Positions 1 through 9,447 of a DNA stretch of 64,000 bases are shown here, piece by piece. Below the pieces are notes generated by a model. The model was not told the origin of the DNA and did not search any database. It worked only from the letters and a program-made list of their open reading frames with translations. This DNA comes from Alphaproteobacteria bacterium (lineage in GTDB: Bacteria; Pseudomonadota; Alphaproteobacteria; UBA828), in NCBI GenBank assembly GCA_965221125.1, contig CBDCRW010000007.1, forward strand, positions 320,001-384,000, given 5' to 3'. Positions within the stretch are counted from its first letter, which is position 1. The number at the start of each line of letters is the position of its first letter. The position numbers and the translations under genes were made by a program.

Positions 1-51
1 CGGACGCGCTCCAGGATACTCGGCCAGCGGTAAGGGACCGGGCGAGGCAGC

Positions 52-876
52 CTACTTCTTCATCTTGGCGAGGATGCTCTCGACGCGCTCCAGCGCGGCG
101 CGGGCGCTCGCCGCCTCCTCGCGCACGGACCTGAGGGTCGCCTCGTCCTCGTCTTCTTCGCCCTTCACCGGAGTCACCTCCAGGCGCGCGTCGTGCAGGT
201 TGTTGATCACGACCGCGATCACGAGGTTGATCATGATGACGGCCGCCAGCATCACGAAGCTGACGAAGAAGAGCCACGCCATGGGATGAAGCTCCATGGC
301 GACGTACATGATGTCCGTCCAGTCCTCCAGCGTCATCACGCGGAAGAGCGAGAGCAGCGCGATGCCGAGGTTGCGCCAATGGATCGGGTCGTGGTCGCGG
401 AAGAGGTGCACGCCCGCGATCGCATAGACGTAGAAGACGGCGGACAGCAACAGCATCACGTGGCCCAGCCCCGGGAGCGAGCGGACCAGGGTGGAGATGA
501 TGACCCGGAGCTGCGGCACCACCGTCACCACGCGCAGCACCCGCAACAAGCGTGCAAGGCGCGCGATGAGGGCGAACTCCCCGGCTTCCGGCAGGAGGGC
601 GAGGACCAGGATGGCGAAGTCGAAGAGGTTCCATCCGTCCCTGAAGTAGCGCTCGAAGCGGGGCGCCACGGCGGTGAGCTTGATCGCAGCCTCGATCACG
701 AAGACGGCGAGCGCCACGTGGAAGGCCCAGCGGATGGCGTGGCCCCACTCCGCGTGCATCGTCTGGCTCGTTTCCACGCCGAGGCCCAAAGCGGTGATCA
801 GGATCATCGCGATGATCAGGCCGTTGAAGGCCGGCGCGTCCACGATGCGCGCGCACGTCCGTCTCAGTCCATTCAT
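52..876 (-). CDS. Bacterial voltage-gated cation channel (BacNav/Ion_trans family)
   Basis: 6 TM helices, S4 RLARLLRVLR, pore FRVMTLEDWTD, C-terminal coiled coil. Start placed at ATG 876 with GGAG RBS. Confidence 0.9.
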   Translation of the reverse strand: MNGLRRTCARIVDAPAFNGLIIAMILITALGLGVETSQTMHAEWGHAIRWAFHVALAVFVIEAAIKLTAVAPRFERYFRDGWNLFDFAILVLALLPEAGEFALIARLARLLRVLRVVTVVPQLRVIISTLVRSLPGLGHVMLLLSAVFYVYAIAGVHLFRDHDPIHWRNLGIALLSLFRVMTLEDWTDIMYVAMELHPMAWLFFVSFVMLAAVIMINLVIAVVINNLHDARLEVTPVKGEEDEDEATLRSVREEAASARAALERVESILAKMKK

Positions 877-1188
877 GTGGAACGCTCCCGTGATCGCTGC
901 CGGCATCGCCTGCCGGCCGCTGGCACAGCGCCGGGTGCGGAACGCCGCGCGCAAGTATTGTGCTGCCCGATCCCGCGTCAACGGGGGAGTGCGCGCGGGC
1001 GTTCCTCTCGCGCGGCACGGCCGCCCGCGCCGGTCAACCGGCGTGGCCGCGAAGGCGGGTTTGAACTATTGTTTTGGGGGATATGCATCAATGGCTTTAT
1101 GGGGTAAGCCAATCTCTTGCAGGGGACAGGTCCGTCGAGCAGGGAATCTTCGGATTGATGCGCCTGCCCGTCGCAGAAAGGGGACTCT

Positions 1189-3750
1189 GTGATGAAAACC
1201 GCGACACTACTCACCGCGACATCGAAGATTGTTTGTGCCGGCCTGCTCATGCTCGCCGGCGTTCTTTTCAGCGCCCACTACGCCTCGGCGCAGACGGACG
1301 AGACGTGTCCGCTTCCCGCCGGCGTGGCTCCCGTTGAACCCCCGGATGTGACGGCGGAGCAGGTGGAGAACGGCACCGGCAGCCTGATGGATTTCGCGCT
1401 CAGCGCGCGCGATCGTCTTCGGGAACAGGCCCAACAGGCCGTAACCGCAGGATCATCTCAATACTTCGCATGTCTCATCAGACAGGACGAGAGCGCCTGG
1501 CGTTCCGGTTCCACCTATCTCGTGACCCTGACGCCCGACGGCCGGGTGTACATCCACGCGAAGGACATGTCCTTGTCCGGCGCGAAGCTCCGGCCTGCGA
1601 TCTACACGACGATCCTTCAAGCGTTGGGAATCGACCCTGCCGTCCTGGGAGACCCCGTCGCGACCCGGGCTGCGTTCGCCGCAGCCGAAGCGAACAGCCG
1701 CTCGTTCGATATACCAGGTATCCCCGGCGCTTCGGGCTACGCGAGCACCTATACCTCGCTCAGATTCAGGAATCCCGCCATTCTGCTCGCAGGATTCGAT
1801 CTGAACGCAACACACCTGGCTGACGAACAGATCGATTACGGCGACCCGGCGGTTACTGCCGCGGATGTGGTGGACCGAGCGACCCTGAAGGCCTTCGTCA
1901 CGGAAGCGGGAAACTACTTCATGGGGCTTGTGAAGACCGGCAATCAAGCCACTGTCTCGCAGGCCAGGATCGCCATGCGCGATCCCGACGGGCCGTGGCG
2001 GCATGGTTCCGTGTACCTCTACATCTGGAATTTGACCAGCCAGCTGATCCTGTTTCACGCCGGGTTCCCGGAAAGGTACGAGTTGACGCCTCTGTATCCG
2101 CCGCGCGCCCATGACGCCGTGACCGGAGAGCCAATTCTGCCGCAGCTAGTCGAGGCGACGAAACGCGGCCCTGAGGGCGGCTTCGTGGAATACCATTTCG
2201 ACGATCCCAACGACGACAACGATAGCGCCGACATCCCCAAGGTGGGCTATGTCCGCACGTTCTCCGACCAAGTCCAGAGGGCGGATGGAAGCACTGCGCA
2301 GATCTCTTTCGTCGTCGGCTCGGGCTTCTACAGGACCGCATCCCAGGAGGTCGCGGCGGGCCGGAACACGGTCGTCCAGTCGGTGCTGCCCCAGGTCGTC
2401 CGCGCCATGACCGCCGGCACGGTCGATGCCGTTTCCAGCCGCATCCAGCGCGCATCATCCGGCGCCGCGCCCGATGCCAGCCTCAGCTTCGGCGGCGCCA
2501 CGACGCTCTCCGACGCCATCGTGGCCAACGGCCCGGCGCTGCAGAACGGCACGTTCGACCTCGCGCGCCTGCTCGAGGGCTCGTCCTTCACCGTGGCGCT
2601 GGGCGCCGCGGATGGCGGGAGCAGCGGCCCGTTCGGCGACCTGACCTTCTGGGGAAGCGGCGACTACCGCAGCCTCTCGGGCGGCAACGCGCAGTCCGTG
2701 AGCTACGACGGCACCGTGACGAGCGCCAACCTCGGGATCGATACCAGGCTGAGCGCGGACGTGCTGGCCGGCGTGTCGCTCACGTCGTCGCAAGGGGCGG
2801 TGGATTACACGGACCTCAACGCGCAGGAGGGCGAGTTCTCGGCCTCGCTCACGAGCGTCAACCCCTACATCGGCTGGGGGTCGCCCGGCGGCATGACTCT
2901 GTGGGCCATGGCCGGCTACGGCACGGGCGAGGTGGAGATCGACGACGCGGTGGGCACGGAGGCGAGCGACCTGACGCAACAGACGTTCGCGGCGGGCGCG
3001 AGCGGGTCGCTGCTCTCCAGCGACGAGTTTCTCGATGGCGGGACCACCAGCCTGCTGTTGAAGGCCGAGGCAGCCTTCACGAAGGCCGAGGTCGATGGCT
3101 CGGAGACGCTGGCGCGCACGACGGTCAACGTCAGCCGGCAGCGGCTCATGCTCGAAGGGGTGTACGACCGGAAGCTCGCCTCGGGCGCGACGCTCTCGCC
3201 CTCGCTTGAGCTCGGCATACGGAACGACGGCGGGGACGGCGAGACCGGCGGCGGTGTGGAGACCGGCGGCGGTCTGCGCTACTCCGACCCGGCGTCGGGG
3301 CTGACCATCGAAGGCCGGGCCCGGACGCTCCTGTCGCACGGTGGCGACCACGAGGAGTGGGGCGTGAGCGGACTGGTGCGGATCGATCCCGGCGCGTCGG
3401 GCCAGGGGCTCGCGTTCAGCCTGCGGCCGGCGTGGGGCGAGACGGCCGGCGGCGTGCGGCGGTTGTGGGGGAGCGACGTGACCGCCCTGGGGGCGGCAGC
3501 GGCCGAGCACGGGGCCGGGCGCCTGAGCGCGCGGCTCGCCTACGGCATCGGCGACACGTGGGGTGCCGAGGGCGTGCTCACGCCCTATACCGACGTGTCG
3601 CTCTCCGACGCGGGCTCGCGGCGTCTCGGCCTCGGCGGCCGTTACGACATAGGGCCCTGGGTCGGGATGAGCCTCGAAGGCGTGCACGGCCGGCCGGCGC
3701 AGGGTGCCGCCGATCACAGCGTGATGCTTCGCGCCGACCTGCGCTGGTAG
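1189..3750 (+). CDS. Autotransporter with tandem Cache-like passenger domains
   Basis: Signal peptide (…ASA-Q). Two Cache-like units (WRSGSTYLV…HAKD; WRHGSVYLY…FHA…GGFVEYHF…KVGYV…VGSGFY). C-terminal beta-barrel ending ADLRW. Confidence 0.75.
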   Translation: MMKTATLLTATSKIVCAGLLMLAGVLFSAHYASAQTDETCPLPAGVAPVEPPDVTAEQVENGTGSLMDFALSARDRLREQAQQAVTAGSSQYFACLIRQDESAWRSGSTYLVTLTPDGRVYIHAKDMSLSGAKLRPAIYTTILQALGIDPAVLGDPVATRAAFAAAEANSRSFDIPGIPGASGYASTYTSLRFRNPAILLAGFDLNATHLADEQIDYGDPAVTAADVVDRATLKAFVTEAGNYFMGLVKTGNQATVSQARIAMRDPDGPWRHGSVYLYIWNLTSQLILFHAGFPERYELTPLYPPRAHDAVTGEPILPQLVEATKRGPEGGFVEYHFDDPNDDNDSADIPKVGYVRTFSDQVQRADGSTAQISFVVGSGFYRTASQEVAAGRNTVVQSVLPQVVRAMTAGTVDAVSSRIQRASSGAAPDASLSFGGATTLSDAIVANGPALQNGTFDLARLLEGSSFTVALGAADGGSSGPFGDLTFWGSGDYRSLSGGNAQSVSYDGTVTSANLGIDTRLSADVLAGVSLTSSQGAVDYTDLNAQEGEFSASLTSVNPYIGWGSPGGMTLWAMAGYGTGEVEIDDAVGTEASDLTQQTFAAGASGSLLSSDEFLDGGTTSLLLKAEAAFTKAEVDGSETLARTTVNVSRQRLMLEGVYDRKLASGATLSPSLELGIRNDGGDGETGGGVETGGGLRYSDPASGLTIEGRARTLLSHGGDHEEWGVSGLVRIDPGASGQGLAFSLRPAWGETAGGVRRLWGSDVTALGAAAAEHGAGRLSARLAYGIGDTWGAEGVLTPYTDVSLSDAGSRRLGLGGRYDIGPWVGMSLEGVHGRPAQGAADHSVMLRADLRW

Positions 3751-3854
3751 CGCCGCAGGGCATCCGCCCGCGGCAACGAGCGGCCATTCCTTGTTGCGGG
3801 CCGGGGCGCTAGGGGCATAATCCGGGCGCTCCCGCCTCCGCACGAGGGATTCGC

Positions 3855-4331
3855 GTGCGCCACGCGCTCACTCTCTTCGCCGGTCTTTACGGGCTCTGGC
3901 TCGGACTGTCCGGTCACTACACGCCCTTCCTGCTCGCGATCGGCGCCGCCTGCACGGCGTTCGTGGTGGCGGTGGCGATGCGCATGGACGTGGTGGACCA
4001 CGAGGGGCACCCCATCCACCTCGGCTATCGCATTCCTCTCTACTGGAGCTGGCTGACGATCCAGATACTGCTCTCGGCGCTGACGGTCACCCGCATCGTG
4101 CTGTCGCCGCGGCTCCGCATCGACCCGGTGCTGGAGACCGTGCCGTCGAGCCAGAAGTCGGACCTCGGCCGGGTGATCTTCGCCAACTCCATCACGCTGA
4201 CGCCCGGCACGCTGTCCACAGCCGTGACCGCCGACGGCATCGAGGTCCACGCGCTCACCCGGCGCGGCATGGAGGAGCTGAAGGCGGGCGGAATGGACCG
4301 GCGCGTCACCGCGGTGGAGGGCGAGTCATGA
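3855..4331 (+). CDS. mnhE: Na+/H+ antiporter subunit E
   Basis: ANSITLTPGT motif; first gene of a coupled operon. Confidence 0.9.
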   Translation: MRHALTLFAGLYGLWLGLSGHYTPFLLAIGAACTAFVVAVAMRMDVVDHEGHPIHLGYRIPLYWSWLTIQILLSALTVTRIVLSPRLRIDPVLETVPSSQKSDLGRVIFANSITLTPGTLSTAVTADGIEVHALTRRGMEELKAGGMDRRVTAVEGES

Positions 4332-4630
4332 TGGCCCTCGCCGCCGTTGCCGCGCTCGTGGTGACCGTGCTCCTCGCGCTGATCCGCGCCTACCTGGGGC
4401 CGACGGTCTACGACCGCGTGGTCGCCGTGAACGCCATTGGGACCATGGCCGTGCTGCTGATCGCGGCTGTCGGTTTCCTCATGGGCCGCCCGGAATTCCT
4501 GGATATCGCGCTGGTCTACGCGCTCATCAACTTCATCGGCACCATCGCGGTGCTCCGCTACATCAAGCGCCGGCGCGCGCGGGAAGCGGAGGGCGCGGAA
4601 GGCGCGGAAGGCACGGAGGGCGCGCCGTGA
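4328..4630 (+). CDS. mnhF: Na+/H+ antiporter subunit F
   Basis: GPTVYDRVVA motif, 3 TM, ATGA overlap. Confidence 0.9.
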   Translation: MMALAAVAALVVTVLLALIRAYLGPTVYDRVVAVNAIGTMAVLLIAAVGFLMGRPEFLDIALVYALINFIGTIAVLRYIKRRRAREAEGAEGAEGTEGAP

Positions 4631-4944
4631 TCGTCGACATCCTGAGCTGGATCAGCATCGGCATCGGCGCCGCGTTCATCCTGGTGGGCGGGCTCGGGCT
4701 GGTCCGCATGCCGGACGTGTTCACCCGGCTCCATGCGTCGAGCGTGGCGGATACCGCCGGCGCGGGCTTCATCCTGCTCGGCTTCATGTTTCAGGCCGGG
4801 CTCTCGCTGACCGCGCTCAAGCTCGTGCTGATCTTCGTCTTCCTGGTGTTCACCGCGCCGACCGCAACGCACGCGCTGGCCCAGGCGGCGCTGCTCGACG
4901 GGGTCCGGCCGTGGACCCGCAAGCCGAAGGACCCCGCGCCATAG
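4627..4944 (+). CDS. mnhG: Na+/H+ antiporter subunit G
   Basis: GLVRMPDVFTRLHA motif. Confidence 0.9.
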   Translation: MIVDILSWISIGIGAAFILVGGLGLVRMPDVFTRLHASSVADTAGAGFILLGFMFQAGLSLTALKLVLIFVFLVFTAPTATHALAQAALLDGVRPWTRKPKDPAP

Positions 4945-5495
4945 ACATCTACGTCGATATCCTGCTCCTGGTCCTGCTGGTCGCGGCCGCGCTCGTCGTG
5001 GTCACGCTGCGGAACCTGCTGGCGGCCGCGCTGGTGCTCGGCATCTACAGCCTGATCATGGCGGTGCTCTGGGTCGTGCTCGATGCCGTCGACGTGGCCT
5101 TTACCGAGGCCGCCGTCGGCGCCGGCGTCACCACCGTCTTCATGCTGCTCGCCATCGCCGCCACCGGCCGGCACGAGAAGATCGCGCACCGCAGGCCCTG
5201 GCTCCCGATCCTGGCCTCGCTCGCCGTGGGCGGGCTGCTGGTCTACGGCACGCTCGACCTGCCGGCCTTCGGCGACCCGCAAGCGCCGGCGCAACAGCAC
5301 GTGGCACCGCATTACCTGGCGCAAGGCGAGGCGGAGACCGGCGTGCCCAACATCGTGACCGCGGTGCTGGCCTCCTACCGGGGCTTCGACACGCTCGGCG
5401 AGGTCACGGTGATCTTCACGGCGGGGATCGGCGTGCTGCTGATGCTGGGCATCGTCCGCCGCCGCCGCCGGGATGGCGCGGAGGACCGCGAATGA
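4941..5495 (+). CDS. MnhB-like N-terminal subunit (DUF4040)
   Basis: DVAFTEAAVGAG and NIVTAVLASYRGFDTLGE motifs. Start uncertain (GTG 4911 or ATA 4941). Confidence 0.8.
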   Translation: MDIYVDILLLVLLVAAALVVVTLRNLLAAALVLGIYSLIMAVLWVVLDAVDVAFTEAAVGAGVTTVFMLLAIAATGRHEKIAHRRPWLPILASLAVGGLLVYGTLDLPAFGDPQAPAQQHVAPHYLAQGEAETGVPNIVTAVLASYRGFDTLGEVTVIFTAGIGVLLMLGIVRRRRRDGAEDRE

Positions 5496-5905
5496 CCGAG
5501 CATCTGGTCCTGCGCGTGGTCTCGAAGCTGCTGATCCCGCCGATCCTGCTGTTCGCGCTCTACGTGCAGATGCACGGCGACTACGGGCCGGGCGGCGGCT
5601 TTCAGGCCGGCGTGATCTTCGCAGCGGGCCTCATTCTCTATGGCCTCGTGTTCGGGACCGAGGCGGTGCGCAGCGTCGCACCCCCGCGCCTGCTGGTCGT
5701 CATCGCCTGCCTCGGCGTGCTGCTCTACGCGGGCGTGGGCGTCGCCAACATGATCGCCGGCGGCGCATTCCTCGAATACGGCGCGCTCTCCGCCGACGCG
5801 ACCCACGGCAACCACATCGGCATCATCATCATCGAGATCGGCGTGGGCGTCGCGGTGGCCGCCGTCATGACCGTCATCTTCACCGCCCTTGCCGAGTGGC
5901 GCTGA
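5492..5905 (+). CDS. mnhB: Na+/H+ antiporter subunit B
   Basis: HGDYGPGGGFQAG motif. Confidence 0.9.
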   Translation: MTEHLVLRVVSKLLIPPILLFALYVQMHGDYGPGGGFQAGVIFAAGLILYGLVFGTEAVRSVAPPRLLVVIACLGVLLYAGVGVANMIAGGAFLEYGALSADATHGNHIGIIIIEIGVGVAVAAVMTVIFTALAEWR

Positions 5906-5906
5906 G

Positions 5907-6257
5907 GTGGACGCTCTCGCCCACGCCAACTACTGGGCCGCGATCGTGCTGGCGATGATCGGGCTTTACGCCATCATTGCGCCCTCCAACCTCATCAAGA
6001 AGCTGATCGGCCTGGGGATGTTCCAGACCGCGATCTTCCTGTTCTACATCACGTTCGGGAAGGTCGAGGGCGGCACCGCGCCGATCATCGACGCCGCCTA
6101 CTCGGTCTACTCCAACCCGCTGCCCCACGTGCTGATCCTGACGGCGATCGTCGTGGCCGTGTCTACGCTTGCGGTCGGGCTCGCGCTCACCGTCGCGATC
6201 AAGCGCGCCTACGGGACCGTCGAAGAGGACGAGATCGACGAGCAGGATCGGCGATGA
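5907..6257 (+). CDS. mnhC: Na+/H+ antiporter subunit C
   Basis: NPLPHVLILTAIVV motif; GTG start inferred. Confidence 0.9.
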   Translation: MDALAHANYWAAIVLAMIGLYAIIAPSNLIKKLIGLGMFQTAIFLFYITFGKVEGGTAPIIDAAYSVYSNPLPHVLILTAIVVAVSTLAVGLALTVAIKRAYGTVEEDEIDEQDRR

Positions 6258-7735
6258 TCGCGACTCATCTGCCGGTGCTCCAGGTGGCGGTGCCGCTGAT
6301 CGCGGCGCCGGTCTGCGTGCTGCTGCGGCGCGGCAACTACGCCTGGGCCTTCACCACCGTGGTCTGCTGGGGGCTGCTCGCCATCGCGGCGCTGCTGCTC
6401 GAGCAGGTGATGACCGGGGGCACGATCTCCTACCGCCTCGGCGGCTGGGCGCCCCCCATCGGCATCGAGTACCGGCTGGATGGCGTCAACGCCTTCGTCC
6501 TGCTGATCCTCGCCGGCACCGCCGCGCTGATGATGCCCTACGCCAAGCAGAGCGTGGAGCGGGAGGTGCGGCCCGAGCGCCGCCACCTCTTCTACGCGAT
6601 CTTCCTGCTGGCGCTGACCGGCCTGCTCGGCATCACCGCGACGGGCGATGCCTTCAACGTCTACGTCTTTCTCGAGATCTCCTCGCTCGCGAGCTACGTG
6701 CTGATCGCGCAGGGCAAGCGCAGGCGGGCGCTCACGGCCTCTTATCAATACCTCATCATCGGCACCATCGGCGCCTCGCTGATCCTGATCGGCGTGGGCT
6801 TCCTCTACGCCAAGACCGGCACGCTGAACATCGCGGACCTCGGTGCGCGTGTGCCGGCGCTGGGCGAGACGCCGGCGATCCTCACCGCGTTCGCCTTCAT
6901 CACCGTCGGCGTGCTGATCAAGCTCGCGCTCTTCCCCTTCCACGTCTGGCTGCCCAACGCCTACGCCTACGCGCCCTCCATGGTGAGCGCGTTCCTCGCG
7001 GCGACGGCGACCAAGGTCGGCGCCTACATGCTGCTCCGCTTCGTCTTCACGGTGTTCGGCGTGCACTTCGCCTTCGACACAATGCCGCTGACGGAGATCC
7101 TGCTCGCGCTCTCGCTCATCGCGGTGCTCGCGGGCTCGCTCGTCGCCGTCTTCCAGAGCGATCTGAAGCGCCTGCTGGCGTTCTCCAGCGTGGGCCAGAT
7201 CGGCTACCTCGGCGTCGGCATCGGCCTCGCGTCGGTGACCGGCGTGACCGGCGCGCTGGTCCACGTCTTCAACCACGCGCTGATGAAGGGCGGGCTCTTC
7301 CTCGCCGCCGGCGCCATCGCCTACCGCCTGGGCGCGACCGACTTGAGCGCGCTGCACGGCCTCGGCCGGCGCATGCCGTTCACCATGGCGGCGGTGGTGA
7401 TCGGCGGCCTCGGTCTGGTCGGCGTGCCCATCACGTCCGGCTTCGTGAGCAAGTGGTATCTGGTGCAGGCCGCGTTCGAGGAAGGGCTTTGGCCGGTGGC
7501 GCTTTTCGTGCTCGTGGGCTCGCTGATCGCTTTGGCTTACATGGGCCGCGTGATCGAGGCCGCCTACTTCCGCCCGGCCCCGCCGGACGCCGAGCCGGTG
7601 CAGGAGGCGCCCTGGGCGATGCAGCTCTCGACCTGGGCGATGATCGCGGGCTCGGTCTACTTCGGACTCCACACGGAGCTTACCGTCGGCATCGCCGAGC
7701 GCGCGGCGGCGGTGTTGCTGGGTGGCGTGCCATGA
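6254..7735 (+). CDS. mnhD: Na+/H+ antiporter subunit D family
   Basis: Proton_antipo_M motifs (FNVYVFLEI, KLALFPFHVWLP, HALMKG). Confidence 0.9.
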   Translation: MIATHLPVLQVAVPLIAAPVCVLLRRGNYAWAFTTVVCWGLLAIAALLLEQVMTGGTISYRLGGWAPPIGIEYRLDGVNAFVLLILAGTAALMMPYAKQSVEREVRPERRHLFYAIFLLALTGLLGITATGDAFNVYVFLEISSLASYVLIAQGKRRRALTASYQYLIIGTIGASLILIGVGFLYAKTGTLNIADLGARVPALGETPAILTAFAFITVGVLIKLALFPFHVWLPNAYAYAPSMVSAFLAATATKVGAYMLLRFVFTVFGVHFAFDTMPLTEILLALSLIAVLAGSLVAVFQSDLKRLLAFSSVGQIGYLGVGIGLASVTGVTGALVHVFNHALMKGGLFLAAGAIAYRLGATDLSALHGLGRRMPFTMAAVVIGGLGLVGVPITSGFVSKWYLVQAAFEEGLWPVALFVLVGSLIALAYMGRVIEAAYFRPAPPDAEPVQEAPWAMQLSTWAMIAGSVYFGLHTELTVGIAERAAAVLLGGVP

Positions 7736-9195
7736 GCCACGCGGCGCAGCTTCTCGCAGCTCCCGCGGTGCCGATCGCGGGCGCGCTCCTGATCTGGGCG
7801 ACGGCGCGCCGGCCCGTGCTGCAGGAGGCGGTCTCCGTCGTCACCGCGGTGGCGCTCTTCGGCCTCGTGCTCTCGCTGGCGCCTGCGGTGGCGGGGGGCG
7901 GCACGCCCCGCGTCGCGCTCTTCGACATCGTGCCGGGGCTGCCCATCGCGTTCGTGCTGGAGCCGCTCGGCATGCTGTTCGCGCTGATCGCCTCCTTCCT
8001 CTGGATCGTGACGACGGTCTATTCCATCGGCTACGTCCGCGCCAACGAGGAGGGCCACCGCACCCGCTACTACGTCTGCTTCGCGGCGGCGCTCGCGAGC
8101 GCCATCGGCGTCGCCTTCGCCGGCAACATGTTCACGCTGTTCCTGTTCTACGAGGCGCTGACGCTGTCGACCTATCCGCTGGTGACCCACAGCGGCACGG
8201 ACGAGGCGCGCCGCGCGGGCCGGACCTACCTCGGCATCCTGCTCTCGACCTCCATCCTGCTGCAGCTCTTCGCGATCCTCTGGACCTGGGTGGAAGCCGG
8301 GACGCTCGACTTCCGCATGGGCGGCATCCTCGCCGGCGCGGTGAGCGAGCGCACCGCCGCCGTGCTGCTGGTGCTCTACATGTTCGGCATCGGCAAGGCG
8401 GCGCTCATGCCGCTCCATGCCTGGCTGCCGGCGGCGATGGTGGCGCCGACGCCGGTAAGCGCCCTGCTGCACGCGGTCGCCGTGGTCAAGGCCGGCGTCT
8501 TCACGGTTCTCAAGGTGCTGGTCTACATCTTCGGCATCGACTTTCTCAGGGCGATGGCGGGGAGCGAGTGGCTGATCGCGGTCGCGGCCGCCACCATCGT
8601 GATCGCCTCGCTGATCGCGCTGCGCCAGGACGACCTGAAGCGCCGCCTCGCGTACTCGACCGTGAGCCAGCTTGCCTACGTGGTGCTGGGCGGCGCGCTC
8701 GCGACCAGTGCCGGCGTTGTCGGCGGGGCCATGCACATCGCCACGCACGCCTTCGGCAAGATCACGCTCTTCTTCTGCGCGGGCGCGATCTACACCGCCG
8801 CCCACAAGCGGCTGGTGAGCGAGCTCGACGGCATCGGCTACCGCATGCCGGTGACCATGGGCGCGTTCGCCGTGGGCGCGCTCGGGCTGATCGGGCTGCC
8901 GCCCTTCGCCGCGCTCTGGAGCAAGTGGTATCTCGTGACCGGCGCCGACGACGGCAGCCACATCGCGGTGATCGCGGTGCTGCTCGGCAGCTCGCTGCTG
9001 AACGCGCTCTACTTCGTGCCGATCCTCGCCCGCGCCTTCTTCCCGGCCACCGGCATGCCGGTGGCGGCAGGCCGCGCCGAGGCGCCCCTGCCGATCCTCG
9101 CGGCGACGCTCGTGGCCGCGCTCGGCACGGCCGCGCTCTTCTTCTATCCGCAGGCGCTGCTCACCCTCGTGCAGCCCCTCGCAGGAACGCCGTAA
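7732..9195 (+). CDS. Second MnhD-family antiporter subunit
   Basis: KAALMPLHAWLP, LKRRLAYSTVSQL. Start at ATG 7732 overlapping the upstream stop. Confidence 0.88.
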   Translation: MSHAAQLLAAPAVPIAGALLIWATARRPVLQEAVSVVTAVALFGLVLSLAPAVAGGGTPRVALFDIVPGLPIAFVLEPLGMLFALIASFLWIVTTVYSIGYVRANEEGHRTRYYVCFAAALASAIGVAFAGNMFTLFLFYEALTLSTYPLVTHSGTDEARRAGRTYLGILLSTSILLQLFAILWTWVEAGTLDFRMGGILAGAVSERTAAVLLVLYMFGIGKAALMPLHAWLPAAMVAPTPVSALLHAVAVVKAGVFTVLKVLVYIFGIDFLRAMAGSEWLIAVAAATIVIASLIALRQDDLKRRLAYSTVSQLAYVVLGGALATSAGVVGGAMHIATHAFGKITLFFCAGAIYTAAHKRLVSELDGIGYRMPVTMGAFAVGALGLIGLPPFAALWSKWYLVTGADDGSHIAVIAVLLGSSLLNALYFVPILARAFFPATGMPVAAGRAEAPLPILAATLVAALGTAALFFYPQALLTLVQPLAGTP

Positions 9196-9204
9196 GAGAC
9201 CGCC

Positions 9205-9447
9205 ATGAAGAAGAAATACTGGCTCGACGAACGCCGCAACGTGATGCGCCTCATCTGGTTCTTCGCGGCGCTCTGCCTCGGCGTGCTGGTGATCGACGCC
9301 GGCTTCAACCGGAAGGACGAGTTCTTCTGGGAGGGCTGGTTCGGCTTCTACGGCTTCTTCGGCTTCATCGCCTGCGTGGTGCTGGTGCTCGCGGCGAAGG
9401 AGCTGCGCCGGATGGTGATGCGGCGCGAGGACTACTATGACGAGTAG
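9205..9447 (+). CDS. Small 2-TM membrane protein of the Mrp operon
   Basis: 80 aa, two hydrophobic segments, C-terminal MRREDYYDE. Confidence 0.75.
   Translation: MKKKYWLDERRNVMRLIWFFAALCLGVLVIDAGFNRKDEFFWEGWFGFYGFFGFIACVVLVLAAKELRRMVMRREDYYDE

Noticed and set aside
4583-4627. 9-bp tandem repeat (AEG)n at the mnhF end
   Set aside because: Low-complexity tail with no evidence of function.
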